NCBI RefSeq assembly: GCF_964204865.1
Contig: NC_135250.1
Span: 11,160,001-11,224,000 of the forward strand
Reading direction: 5' to 3'
DNA length: 64,000 nt
DNA from: Styela clava
Taxonomy: Eukaryota
Shown here: positions 34,119 to 45,352 of the stretch, piece after piece
Layout of the letters: each line of letters opens with the position of its first letter
Numbering within the stretch: position 1 is the stretch's first letter
Made by a program: the position numbers and the translations under genes
The notes under the pieces: model-generated
The model's database searches: none
What the model was told of the DNA's origin: nothing
Seen by the model: the letters and a program-made list of their open reading frames with translations, nothing else

Positions 34119-34490
34119 TTAAGGGTACGAAGATGTAGAAACAGAGGAAGACGGTGACTGGGGTGCTGACATTCGAGGTTGTTTACGAGGTGGACCATCG
34201 GATGACAATACATCAGGATTTTTATTAGAGTCTGTGTCAACATGGTTCATTTCTTCTGAAGAACTTTTCCTTTTTTCAACGTCGCCATTCAATTTTTTAT
34301 CAAGTTGAAGATATAAATATCGCAATAAAATATTACTTCTGTCGGAAACTATTACTTGTTCTACTGGTTGATCTTCCGTAGAAAGATAAGAAGTCAATTT
34401 TTTGGCAGTTTTGCTCGAGTCGGATTTAAAATTTGAAAAATTGTTCGGATTCTGAGAAGGTAAACCTTTCAGCATGCTTTTTCCAGACAT
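34119..34490 (-). CDS. DDA1: DET1- and DDB1-associated protein 1, intronless
   Basis: LKGLPSQNPNNFSNF...YLSTEDQPVEQVIVSDRSNILLRYLYLQLDKK matches the DDA1 family signature. The ATG is immediately preceded by a tttcag acceptor. Confidence 0.9.
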   Translation of the reverse strand: MSGKSMLKGLPSQNPNNFSNFKSDSSKTAKKLTSYLSTEDQPVEQVIVSDRSNILLRYLYLQLDKKLNGDVEKRKSSSEEMNHVDTDSNKNPDVLSSDGPPRKQPRMSAPQSPSSSVSTSSYP

Positions 34491-34596
34491 CTGAAACCAC
34501 AGTCTTTTACAATAAATAAATTGCAGTATAATCTAACCTACAAAAATACAAAATGTTGATAAAACACACATGAGAACAATTTTGCAACTGAAGATA

Positions 34597-36225
34597 TTAT
34601 CGAGACGTTTTCTTGCATAGGATGTAAAGAAATCTTCCAGTTCTGCCTTCTGGAACATGAGTATGAAAAGCAGTGGCACAAATATTGTAATTATCCAATG
34701 GGTCATAAGCTTTCAACTTATCATACAATGAATCAAATAACAGAATCCAGTAAGGTCGATCAGCGAGGATTTTTTGACTAAAAATATTATTATCAAGCCA
34801 CTCAATAGGATTACTATGAAACTGATCTGCTTCGTCACTATAATTCTTTATACCAGAAAGATTTGGAGGGCAAGTTAGGAATCTTGTGGTCACATTCAAA
34901 TGAAGATGGGAATATAGTGGTGTAGTATGACATGGCATCAGGTATAAGACGCTTCCAGGACAATTAGAAATGCAATTTTCAGCAAGCAAATCTTTCAATT
35001 TATCAGTTATTTCCAATGGACCTCTTTGATGAATGAGTCCGGTATACAAGGCCACAGGTACATTTGTAATCAATAGAAATATTAACGATGTGTTTCTCAT
35101 TTTTTTTGAAAATGTTGACAAACTAATACCAGAGAAAAGAGACGCTATTGGAACAAGATGAAGAACAAATCTAAATTCCTTGTGTCCAAGAAAACTATAA
35201 ACTAAAACAGTGAATAAGAATAGAGATAACAAACATTTGCATATTTTTAAATTTTCTGTAGATAATTTAGCAGGAAATGTATGTTTCATTACAAAAGCAG
35301 CACCAAAGATGAAAAATATCATTTGAGTGGTAAGGATAGCAGGTATACCTTGAGTGATATACCAATGCCAGGGATGAGTGCCATAATGCACACCCATATC
35401 CTCCATAACATTGAATTTAAAAAAGTTCCATGGCACAAATACGAACTTACCATAATAAAATAAATCAATTAAAGTGGACGTTATCAAGACAAAGAAAGAT
35501 TGGACTACATATGACAGAAATACCATTGCATTGCGGCTTCTAAATATATGCCATAAAGCTAATGGTACCCAAATTACAGCAGCTGTTGGTCTAATTACAG
35601 TAATTAATATAGCGATTAATTGATAAATTGCTACTTTGCTAAGATACCAGTGGGCAGTATTCCAAGGATAATAATACAATCCAATACATAACAGATTAGT
35701 TTCGAATGTATTTATTATTGTCCTTGTGGAGCAATACCACCAAAACCAGTTTATACAGTTGCATAGAATTCCGTAATTCGCAATTTCATAACCAAAATAA
35801 AGCTTCACAAATTTATAAAGATATACATCACCAATTGCGCTCAAGAAAGCTTGAAACAACCTAGGACCATATATAAGTGTCACAGGATTATCAATGCCAA
35901 GAGAATTTAAAATTTGATATATCCCAGAAAAAATAGCAGGATAAATATAACTTCGTAGTCCATATTTCCATTCCCATGTTAGATATCCATACCCAAAAAC
36001 AGACTTGTAGGCAACTTCTAATGACTGCCAATATTCATCAGGTACAAATGAAGTTCTTACTAAAAATGTATTGATGATACGAAGACAGATCAAAGACAAA
36101 ATAAGGTATTTTTCAGAATCACCAAATTCTTTATCATCAGATCTTATTTTTGTATTTGTTAACTTGTGTTGCGCCTTTATATCAGATTTGCCATCAGTCT
36201 TCTTTCTTTGAGTTAATTTTGACAT
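34597..36225 (-). CDS. PIGB: GPI mannosyltransferase 3 (Glyco_transf_22 family), intronless
   Basis: TSFVPDEYWQSLEVA, GYLTWEW, HPWHWY, HKEFRF, HQRG and LMPCHTTPLYSHLH motifs, with multiple TM segments. Confidence 0.95.
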   Translation of the reverse strand: MSKLTQRKKTDGKSDIKAQHKLTNTKIRSDDKEFGDSEKYLILSLICLRIINTFLVRTSFVPDEYWQSLEVAYKSVFGYGYLTWEWKYGLRSYIYPAIFSGIYQILNSLGIDNPVTLIYGPRLFQAFLSAIGDVYLYKFVKLYFGYEIANYGILCNCINWFWWYCSTRTIINTFETNLLCIGLYYYPWNTAHWYLSKVAIYQLIAILITVIRPTAAVIWVPLALWHIFRSRNAMVFLSYVVQSFFVLITSTLIDLFYYGKFVFVPWNFFKFNVMEDMGVHYGTHPWHWYITQGIPAILTTQMIFFIFGAAFVMKHTFPAKLSTENLKICKCLLSLFLFTVLVYSFLGHKEFRFVLHLVPIASLFSGISLSTFSKKMRNTSLIFLLITNVPVALYTGLIHQRGPLEITDKLKDLLAENCISNCPGSVLYLMPCHTTPLYSHLHLNVTTRFLTCPPNLSGIKNYSDEADQFHSNPIEWLDNNIFSQKILADRPYWILLFDSLYDKLKAYDPLDNYNICATAFHTHVPEGRTGRFLYILCKKTSR

Positions 36226-37279
36226 GCTCGGAAATTTCAGATGTAAAAATTATTAACACCAAATGAATAAAGCTGAAAAAACGAAACGAGAGGTTGAATA
36301 ATGCCCGAATTTGTTTCACTTGTTACAAATTTTACAAAGAAAAAAAATCAACGAAGTACCGGCATGTGTTTCATGATTGAATTCACACAACCATTGTCGA
36401 AATAAGCGACATTATCAACTCAGTATTCCAATGAATGGAAACAATAATCAGCAATACCAAAATGGTCCACTATTCGACTAATGTGAAAAATACCATAGGA
36501 TAGCAGAATTATTCTAAAAATTCTGCTAAATGATAATATAGAAAAAAGGGCAATATGTATATAGAATAAAATATAGAGAAAGATTCTCACAGTCGCAAAG
36601 TGGGAACAAAATAAAAATAATGAAGTTTAAAACAAATTTGGTAGTGAACATACAACTGAAAAGAGTGGTGCATGACTCAAAAAAGACAGAACATTGTAAT
36701 TTTTTTTTAAAGGCCTTATTTTACAGTATTTAAAGTATTAATAGTTAGTTCACTTCGAGTATAGAGCACTGATAAAGACTTTGCTGCATCATCAATATCA
36801 TATTAGATATTTTTAAACAGTTTAGCATTTTCAAAGCCTTCAAAAAGGAAAGAGAGTAGGCTAAAATAGAAAAGATGAGACAGCATATAGTTTTTTGGTA
36901 GTGGATATTGTAGTGTTAGATTGTCAGTCCAGAAGTATTTCTAGAATAAGGAAAAATTCAGAATTGTCTCAAATTTTACATTGGAAAAACTGATTTTGAT
37001 TGTCCCACTCCCAACAATAAAAAAAATATTAGCGAAAAGTATTACCAGTAGTACTATAAAAGTACATATACTAGCCATGCATTGAACAGCAATCATCTCC
37101 TAATCCTATATCTGACTTTGATTTGCAGTTCGTCAGACAATAACATATGCCATTCTGGTTGTCCCATTTGAGGTTGAAGACTGGCTACAGTATTACAATA
37201 ATGATTTTAAAGATTTTAACCAATTGAACACAAATCACAACAAAAAAGTTGAAAGCACAGAAAGTGTATGCTGAGATGA

Positions 37280-38557
37280 TTATTTCAACATTACCACTGC
37301 AAAAACAGTGCTTTCTCTTGATATCAGATCACTGTTCTGGTCAAAAAGTTTTTCTTGGTGGCCAATGAGATTTATGAAACCACCAATTTCTCCCATTCCA
37401 TATATTCCCAAGAGCGGAACATTTGGAATCATTTTTCTAAATGCTTCTTGTTCAAGATTACGTGGAACGTCTGCAAAATCATCAGTATCTTCTTCAACGT
37501 ACCATTCTTGAGGATTAGCACGAGAGCAACAAGCTACCATAAAGCCCAAAGTTTGCGAATTACAAGATGCACAATGGCCAAATTTATTTTTGAATTTACA
37601 CATATTTGGGCAGTTGGCACCAAAAGATTTTACAGTTTCCCGTAGCGTTTCTAAACATGCATTTAATTCTTTGATAGTGTCAACATGAGATCCTACCAAA
37701 ACTGATGCAGAACGTACATTTTTACCTTTAAAAGATACTATTACATAATCTTGAATACCATTGGTACTATTGGCTGGTCCATTATCAGGATTAAAAATAA
37801 TTAAAGTTTCGAAAATGCACCCAATAACAACAACCCCACGACAAGCTGCCGGCTTCAGTATATTCTTGTGTAAAGGTGACAAAGATGAATCTTTTGAAAC
37901 TACTGACACAAAAACTAACTTGGTGTCACAATGTTCAAGTTCGTCACCAACAGTTTGAATAAACTTATCATGATCCTCACTTGAATGTTCTTCTTCCAGA
38001 TTGAAATAATTGACAGAAAATAAGTTTGATAAACTCTGTGGAAATGATATATAATTGAAAACATCACTGATATCATCAACAATATTCTCTATTGAAGCTT
38101 TCTCACTATCCACACATACAACACTGTACACTGACCTTAGAGTTAGTAATTTATTCGCAGGTGGAAGCCAATATCGTATCATATTTTCATGATCATAATT
38201 GAAACTATTGATTATACGATCATTTGACATAGAGACAGATATCCCCGCGGTCGGTGCACAATGCCATTCTTTTCTCCACTCAGAAAATTCTTTGTACATA
38301 CTGGAGTTCTTTTCCCATGTCATTTGTCTGTTTGATCTCTTGAATTTTACAGTTTGTTTATCCTCATCACAATTTTTCACATAAGTGATATATTCCACTT
38401 GATTCACACTTTTTCTCCCACGAAGAACATCTGCAGAGCAAGATTTCCATGATTTACAAACTGATTGTAAACGTAATAAATCTCTGGCCGACAAAAAACT
38501 AAATATCCTTTCCAGAACTAATGGTATATTTGTCAAAACATATTCGACTTTTTCCAT
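37280..38557 (-). CDS. FBXO22: F-box protein with FIST C-terminal domain (FBXO22-like), intronless
   Basis: N-terminal F-box (VLERIFSFLSARDLLRLQSVCKSWK) and FIST-C motifs GFMVACCSR and EQEAFRKMIPNVPLLGIYGMGEIG. A t9cag acceptor at ~38572 precedes the ATG at 38557. Confidence 0.85.
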   Translation of the reverse strand: MEKVEYVLTNIPLVLERIFSFLSARDLLRLQSVCKSWKSCSADVLRGRKSVNQVEYITYVKNCDEDKQTVKFKRSNRQMTWEKNSSMYKEFSEWRKEWHCAPTAGISVSMSNDRIINSFNYDHENMIRYWLPPANKLLTLRSVYSVVCVDSEKASIENIVDDISDVFNYISFPQSLSNLFSVNYFNLEEEHSSEDHDKFIQTVGDELEHCDTKLVFVSVVSKDSSLSPLHKNILKPAACRGVVVIGCIFETLIIFNPDNGPANSTNGIQDYVIVSFKGKNVRSASVLVGSHVDTIKELNACLETLRETVKSFGANCPNMCKFKNKFGHCASCNSQTLGFMVACCSRANPQEWYVEEDTDDFADVPRNLEQEAFRKMIPNVPLLGIYGMGEIGGFINLIGHQEKLFDQNSDLISRESTVFAVVMLK

Positions 38558-40028
38558 TTTATAAGATACTTCTGAAAAAAAAATAACAAGCATAGGATAT
38601 AGTTACAATTACAAGCATATAAATGAAAATCATTAATAACTCATTTAAAACTAATAATACCAACAGGAGATAATTTTAAACAAATATGGATATGGGATCC
38701 TTGATTCAAGCCCATTTATAAATCACTATCCATTTAGAGTGGAAAAATAAAGTCTAACAAGACATTTCAAAATCCACTTTTCTAAAGCTTAACAAGACCT
38801 GGTGGTATCAAATCAAAACTCTATATCCCAAACATATATCATTATAATTAACTTAGTTGTGAAATCAATTACTAATGTATTAGAAAATTGAACAATACCG
38901 GTAAATGATTTCAGTCAAAACTTGGGCACAAATGAATAAATACAAATATTGTGCCATTTTGGATGTGTTTTGCACGTGCTTTATCAATGAGAAATTAGTG
39001 CCTTTTTAAAGTATATAGATTAATTACGGAAAAATAAATTGCCGCCACACACAAAATATAGTTTTGTTCAACCACAAGTTATCTATATAATAAGAGTTGT
39101 CAATGACAGCAAGTTTCAAATTAATTATATTCGAGGTACAAACATAAGAGTGCGACTCGTTAGAAAATTATCGCTTAGGTGTTCAAATGTTAAACTTACA
39201 CTTAAAAATTTATGTATTTGACAAAAACACGCAGACAAAAAAAATTACAAAATAATCCACCAAGCACTGCAGAAAAGTATAGTCACATTTATTATTAATA
39301 CACCACAATAACCAATGATCCTACACCGACATCGTTTTGCTACAAGGTTTTACAAATGGCCTTCTATTAGGTAATAAGGTTGGTTGAACAGGGAACCCAA
39401 CTTTGTGTTAACCTAGTTGAAAATACACTGCTCCGACTATGAGATGTGGATGAAGACATCTAGCAAATCATTGTCAGATTTCATCATGCTCAACAAAGAC
39501 CATTACTGGCATAAAACAATAATTTTTTAGTAAATTTAGTTATAGATCATTATTTAAGTACCTTATTTAAAGAGATTTCAATTATATCAATTGCAGCTCG
39601 TTAAGGCAGTTTATCATAAATTAGATACTCGGTTGGAAAGTGGCATAAAGTTACATACAGACAATAATGACACAAGGCAAAAATATATATATATTCGCAA
39701 CTATAGTATGAACTAGTATATGAAATAATAAAATCAGCTTTATTCCCATGTGTTGAATTTGTAGTTTCAACAAACGAGAAAAATTACAAGAAATTACTGT
39801 TTCATATAATAGATGAGGAAAGAAGATGAATTAATGGTACAATGGAAATGATATATATTCACAGTAAATTATACATCTAAAAGTACCAAATGAAAGAGAC
39901 TTTATATTTGTTCTCACACCATAAATGTTGCAAACATACTGCGGATAACAATAACAATCAAAGTTAGAGAAAAATCACAACAACAGACCTATGATAACAA
40001 CATGTATCACAGAACAACGGAGAGAATT

Positions 40029-41093
40029 CTAGCCTTGATCATCTTTCCATCGTTGTGGAGCAATATGTCCAACCAAATAAATATTATCATACAAATGTCC
40101 TGCAAAATCAGAATCAACCGCCGCAATTGCCTGAATTGGCCCTATATTCTCCTGGGGCATCCCTCTTCTATTTTGTAGTTGAATATTGCCTTGGGCGTGT
40201 TGTCTACTGTATTCCACAACCGCTGAACGAACATTGCGTACAAATTCCCGTTTTGACATTTTATTTTTGACCTGTGGACTAGTCAAATCAACAGAGAGTA
40301 ATATAAGAGAGTAACACAGTATCGCAACAATCTCAGGTACAAGAGCAATATCAGGATTATCGTTGCAAAATCTCACAGCAAACTTATCAATGAGCAAATT
40401 AAGATATTCACCTCTTGAAATCGGAGCATCGACTGCCTGGAAAAATTTTCTCAATGCATTAGGAAGGAACTGATTTTTAAAACTTTGCAACTTCAATAAC
40501 TCATCTAACACGTCATTTCGAGTGTTCAGATATTGACGTACTTTTTGCCAGACTAGTTGATTTGTTCCATGGAAAAACATGGCAATCTCAGAGGCATTAT
40601 CATCGAGGATGTGATTTTCAAAAAGGTATTTCATGCCCCATAAAGGCTCTGCGTTAAATGTGAGACTCCCTTCATCAAGAAGTAGATAAAGCTTTTTAAA
40701 TGACTTCCCTTCATCTTTCCATGACTTGTAGGCCGTACAATAGGCCCACGAATTTTTACAAAGACCTTCCCATAACATCTCATCATTTGCTAAATCAGAC
40801 CAAACACATGCAGCTAGGCATAAATCAGTTGCATTCAAATTTTTTAATACTTCTATTCCAATCTCAGGCGGCAACAAGTACAAATCGGGAAACTTTTCTA
40901 GCACATCTAGTCGACAACCTTTTGAACTATTTCGAAAGTTTCTTGCCCGCCGATGTTTGAAGATTTGCCACAAATATCCAGGTCTGTACAGATGGCTTGT
41001 CCCATTTTGACCGCCGTTGTTTAATCCACTGCGAGAAGGTGATGGAAAGGAACTTCCAACGCCATGGGTTTCACGTGAACTAAGTTGTCCCAT
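40029..41093 (-). CDS. FBXO8: F-box only protein 8 (F-box plus Sec7 domain), intronless
   Basis: MGQ start, LPPEIGIEVLKNLNATDLCLAACVW, LDEGSLTFN, FLPNALRKFF and LCYSLILLSVDLTSPQVKNKMSKREFVRN. Confidence 0.95.
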   Translation of the reverse strand: MGQLSSRETHGVGSSFPSPSRSGLNNGGQNGTSHLYRPGYLWQIFKHRRARNFRNSSKGCRLDVLEKFPDLYLLPPEIGIEVLKNLNATDLCLAACVWSDLANDEMLWEGLCKNSWAYCTAYKSWKDEGKSFKKLYLLLDEGSLTFNAEPLWGMKYLFENHILDDNASEIAMFFHGTNQLVWQKVRQYLNTRNDVLDELLKLQSFKNQFLPNALRKFFQAVDAPISRGEYLNLLIDKFAVRFCNDNPDIALVPEIVAILCYSLILLSVDLTSPQVKNKMSKREFVRNVRSAVVEYSRQHAQGNIQLQNRRGMPQENIGPIQAIAAVDSDFAGHLYDNIYLVGHIAPQRWKDDQG

Positions 41094-42015
41094 TGGTGTA
41101 TTAATTAACTAAGTCATTATAATACTGCATAATATATAGATATTCATTTTTAAAAGGATTCAAATAGTTCCATAATCAGTTTTTATTCGCATGATTTTTA
41201 TCTATCATTTTATCGCTTGCTTACTACAGTACTATGCTCACTATGGAGTCGCAATAAAATTTCTCATTATTGTAATTTAAATTGTGGATTCAGCTTATAG
41301 GATACTTGTAGCAGAATTTATTTGTTTGCCAAACCAGAAATCTAAGTTATACCGTACAGTTACCGGTATATCAGTATATGTATATTATAGTATATACCGG
41401 GCCTACATACAAAACATAAAGAATTTAAGTTTTTGATAAATGCAGAAATGATTGGTTAGTAACCATAGGGTCGTTGAGTGAGACAATTGAAGCATGTTAC
41501 CAATGCTGCAATGAAACACAAGTCTACAAGGGTTACAAGTAGACTACATAAATAAAAACAGAAATACTTTTACAGTTTCAATATTCTGATATTAATCAAC
41601 TCTCAACATCTCGCCTTAACTTGTGAACCATGCCCAAATGCAGTACGCTTTCGGTCTTTAATAATTTTGTACCATGAGCAATTTTTCCGCACGACCAACC
41701 GAAATACTGCGATTGCTAGTACCAGTAGTCAGATATCAGGATATTGCGTGTTTGAAAAGCTGACTCGCAGCTGTTTTATTTGCGATACCAGTACCTAATC
41801 TATACTGGTAGTAGTAGATACCTTTTTTGGTAATGAACAATTGATTACGGTATCCTATAACAAAGTGTTTCTAGGGACATTGGACCCATAACCAGAAAAC
41901 GGTACGGAGTAGTACGTTACCCTATTCACAAAAACATAACTAATGCACGAATAAAACCAGACCACAACAAAAGAAAATTGTCGAATATTGCGAAAAACTT
42001 TTGCAAGAATGACCT

Positions 42016-42350
42016 TTAGCGAGAACGAATTTTGGCACCTCTGATTACTTTACCCTGCGTGGGTTTGCATCCCATACGGCATACGCGCATACGGCAGACG
42101 GGGATAGTTATGTGTGAGAGGATTGCTGGACTTCTCGCCGCCGTAGGGTGACTCACATCTGCACGTAACCACTGGTCGGCAATGGCTTCCTCCACCATCA
42201 AATCCATGCTTCTGAAAACAATTAACTGGCGAACTAATCCCATACCCGACATTGACTGGTAACCTGACGAGAGGCCGTGGTTCGCCATATGATTAAGCCG
42301 CCTTATCGGCTTTCTTCTCCCACGGGATAAATATGTAAATCCTACCTACC
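42016..42350 (+). mobile_element. tRNA-derived SINE copy
   Basis: Collinear with the 53466 copy through to gggataaatatgtaaatcctacctac. Confidence 0.88.
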
Positions 42351-42890
42351 AGCTTAAGTAGGCTGTGTCTCAGCTGTTCAATGCCAATATTTTCCAAATT
42401 ACTCCGAAGCAAAATGAATCGCGGTGGACTCGTAAATATTGATATTATAGACACCTATCCATTGCATAACATTTAATGATAACCTTGCACCTGAACTTCT
42501 TTTCAGGGCTGTGGAATCGTGGCGAAATTTACAATCAAAGAACGCTACGGCGGTATCTCGTTATAAAAACTAGCCACCAATAATTAGGTAGCCTACATAC
42601 GAGAAACGTTATGCAAAAGTGGAAATTAATTATTATTATTTAATTAACAAAAAACGACCTCAACAAAAGACATTAAACCCAATTTAATTCAGAGACTGTT
42701 GCAGAAAAAGTTTCAGTAGTTGGCATTATCTGATTTAACTCGGCGTTCCTTTCTTCATTTTCGTTTGTTAACAATTTTTTTTTTGAATAACACATTTGTC
42801 TCTTTATGACATATGGCTTCAAAGAAATATGTTAGAATGTATCAACTAGATGAGCTCAAATTTGCTCGAGACAAGCGTAGTATTTTATTT

Positions 42891-43007
42891 GGACCTCCAG
42901 AAATCAGAAGTATGTGCACCAAGATGACACACAACCTGAAGCCTAACCGGGTACACATACTAAGTTCAGGTTGTGCGCCATCTTGGTGCACATACTTCTG
43001 GGGGACC
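42891..43007. mobile_element. Short hairpin Merlin-like MITE
   Basis: GG...CC termini, long inverted arms (cagaagtatgtgcaccaagatg/catcttggtgcacatacttctg) and 8-bp TSD ttttattt. Confidence 0.85.
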
Positions 43008-43807
43008 TTTTATTTGGCTACAATGTAGTCACCCGTACCACCATTATCTTCATTTCTGCTTGAATTATGAAATTGGAGAGCGCATTATAGTCGGAGTTGC
43101 TTGTTGACATATTGGTATAAATTGATAGAAGTCTGTTTTTCCTGACCAACTCAAATTGCTTCATTGAACACTTAGTCATCATTGAAAAATTTTCCATGGA
43201 AATTTCTGTGGTGCCCCTTCCCTTGGTATCCTAAACACGTGCTTATTTTTTCTTAGTTAATCCAGTACTGCATCTGATCACAATTGACGCTGTGTCAGTC
43301 ATCCTAAAATCTTGATTTCTTTTATAAGCAGTACAAAATTGATATATATAAACTTATCATCGCTGAATTTTTTTTTATTCCAATCTTAATTTTCCTGGTC
43401 TTTCTGCTGATTATATATTTCCTATATTCTCTTGACTGCTGAGTTTTATTTAATTTTCTGTGTTTATTGCTTCTTTTCATACTTATTTTTTTTCTGTGAC
43501 TGTTTGCCTTTGTCTGTATTTTCCCACAATTGCTTGCGAAGTATGTTTGGTGTAAATCTGGCCAATTTTTATTTTCACTGATGAATGAATGCGACTTATC
43601 TTTTTTTGACGACCTACAGCTGGCCTACTCGAGTTTTTTTGCTGTTCTCGCTTGTCTTTTTACACTTTTCATCCTCAAGCACCATGTTCGCATCTTACTT
43701 TTTTCAACTTCATCTCTGGCTGGCACATATCTCGCTCCCGCACTTGGTGGTGGTACCCTGACTGCCTGCGGATTGGCACTCGCTGATTCTTCCGACTTCA
43801 TCTATGT

Positions 43808-43946
43808 CTGGCTCATATTTTCTTGACCACCTGTGTGTCTGGTCTGCGTGCTGCTGGCCCACTCAAGTTTTCCGATTGGCTGGCTCATCTTTTCTTGACG
43901 ACCTGTGTGTCTTGTCTGCGTGCTGCTGACCCACTCAAGTTTTCCG
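43808..43946. repeat. 72-bp tandem duplication within a decayed coding-like segment
   Basis: ctggctcatattttcttgaccacctgtgtgtctggtctgcgtgctgctggcccactcaagttttccg at 43808 recurs at 43880 with about four mismatches. Confidence 0.9.
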
Positions 43947-44928
43947 TTTCCATTCCTTTATTTTCCTTTGCTCCCTGATGCTGTTTCGCCCATCCTGCCA
44001 TTTCTTTCCTCGACCACCCATGCTGTCTTGTCTTCTGGTTCTCATCTTCTCTGATTCAGACACTTGAATCAGACGGATTTCCGTCCGATCTCATCTCCCT
44101 TCCATCACGTTCGAACTGGCTAGCCAGGAACGTTTTTAGTGGAAGAGTAGACAACATTTCATGTTAATGATCCCGTTTTTATCAAAGATGTCGTTGGTAC
44201 TCGTTTCCAATGTGTTGTGTTCCTTGAGTGAAATGACAAAATTTGTTGACGCTATCTGAAGTTCTGAACTACATTGGTAGACATCGCCCGATCAAAGAGC
44301 TATTATGAGTCGGTGCAAAATCATGGCAGATCCTTGATGACACATCAAAGTCATGAATGTGGGCATCCACAATTGACATAAAATTTATTTATCACTGTAT
44401 TTTGAATAATTCTGAAGTTTTTCTGAAAAATTGATCTTGTGCGTTATAAACCGGTGCGCTGAATATATATATGGATCAGGTAGTGCTTCATTGCCTACAG
44501 TCAATACCAGTATCTGTATCAGTACCCGTTGCGTACCCACCCCTTATGTATGAATAAAACCCCAATTTAGGCAATTGATTGACAGTGAGCTTTATAACCA
44601 TGTGCGCCTTATTGTCCGTAAAATAGCGCATTTAAATGAAGAATACCTAGTCACGATAAAACGGCCCCTCCGACTCCGAGTTCAGAAAGTACGTGCACCT
44701 GGTAACATCGTAAATATATACTACTACAACTTGTTAACTATTTCCATGCATACCCTATCTTAACTGAAAACCTGTCATGGTTTGCTATGCGACTAAACCC
44801 TCTTCTAGATTCTAGAATATTTCACTGGGGTGAATGTGAACATCGTATATAAAATGTGGTTAGAAAGGAATCAAGTCATTTTTCAAAATGCTAACCCAAA
44901 TGTTAGCAATGTAGGTTAATTAAGAACA

Positions 44929-45185
44929 TGCAAGTCCATGCATCTGAAACAAATAAATGGCTAACTAACCCCACACCTGTAACCGGGCGAGCGGCCTGTT
45001 TCGCAATATATGATTAATCCGCCATATCGGCTTTTCGGTGCTCCAGAGGCATGCGCATCAAGATGTCGCACAACCTGAATTCTAACTGGTACACACATAC
45101 TATGTTCAGGTTGTGCGCCATCTTGGTGCGCATACTTCTGGAGGTCTGGCTTTTCTCTAAATATATAAATGCTATCCTATCCTAA
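44929..45185 (+). mobile_element. 3' part of the tRNA-derived SINE, interrupted by a Merlin-like MITE
   Basis: caagtccatgcatctgaaacaaataa...atcggcttttc[insert]ggcttttctc...atcctatccta. Confidence 0.8.
45037..45147. mobile_element. Short hairpin Merlin-like MITE nested in a SINE
   Basis: Same family as 42891-43007, with perfect 8-bp TSD ggcttttc. Confidence 0.87.
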
Positions 45186-45303
45186 CTTCCTTAAAGCGAG
45201 AAGGAATGTAGAAAAGTTTGAACGACATTCTGAATCCTGTAGTTTCACAGGAGAATTTAATATAATTGAAACTAATATATATTGAAAGTTTTTCTTAATT
45301 AAT

Positions 45304-45352
45304 GGCGCGGCGGTGTGGCTCAACGGGCTAAGCGTTAGGAATACGCTCGCCA
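45304..45352 (+). mobile_element. Isolated 5' head (A-box) of the tRNA-derived SINE
   Basis: gcgcggcggtgtggctcaacgggctaagcgttaggaatacgctcgccac is identical to the head of the 53466 copy. Confidence 0.85.
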
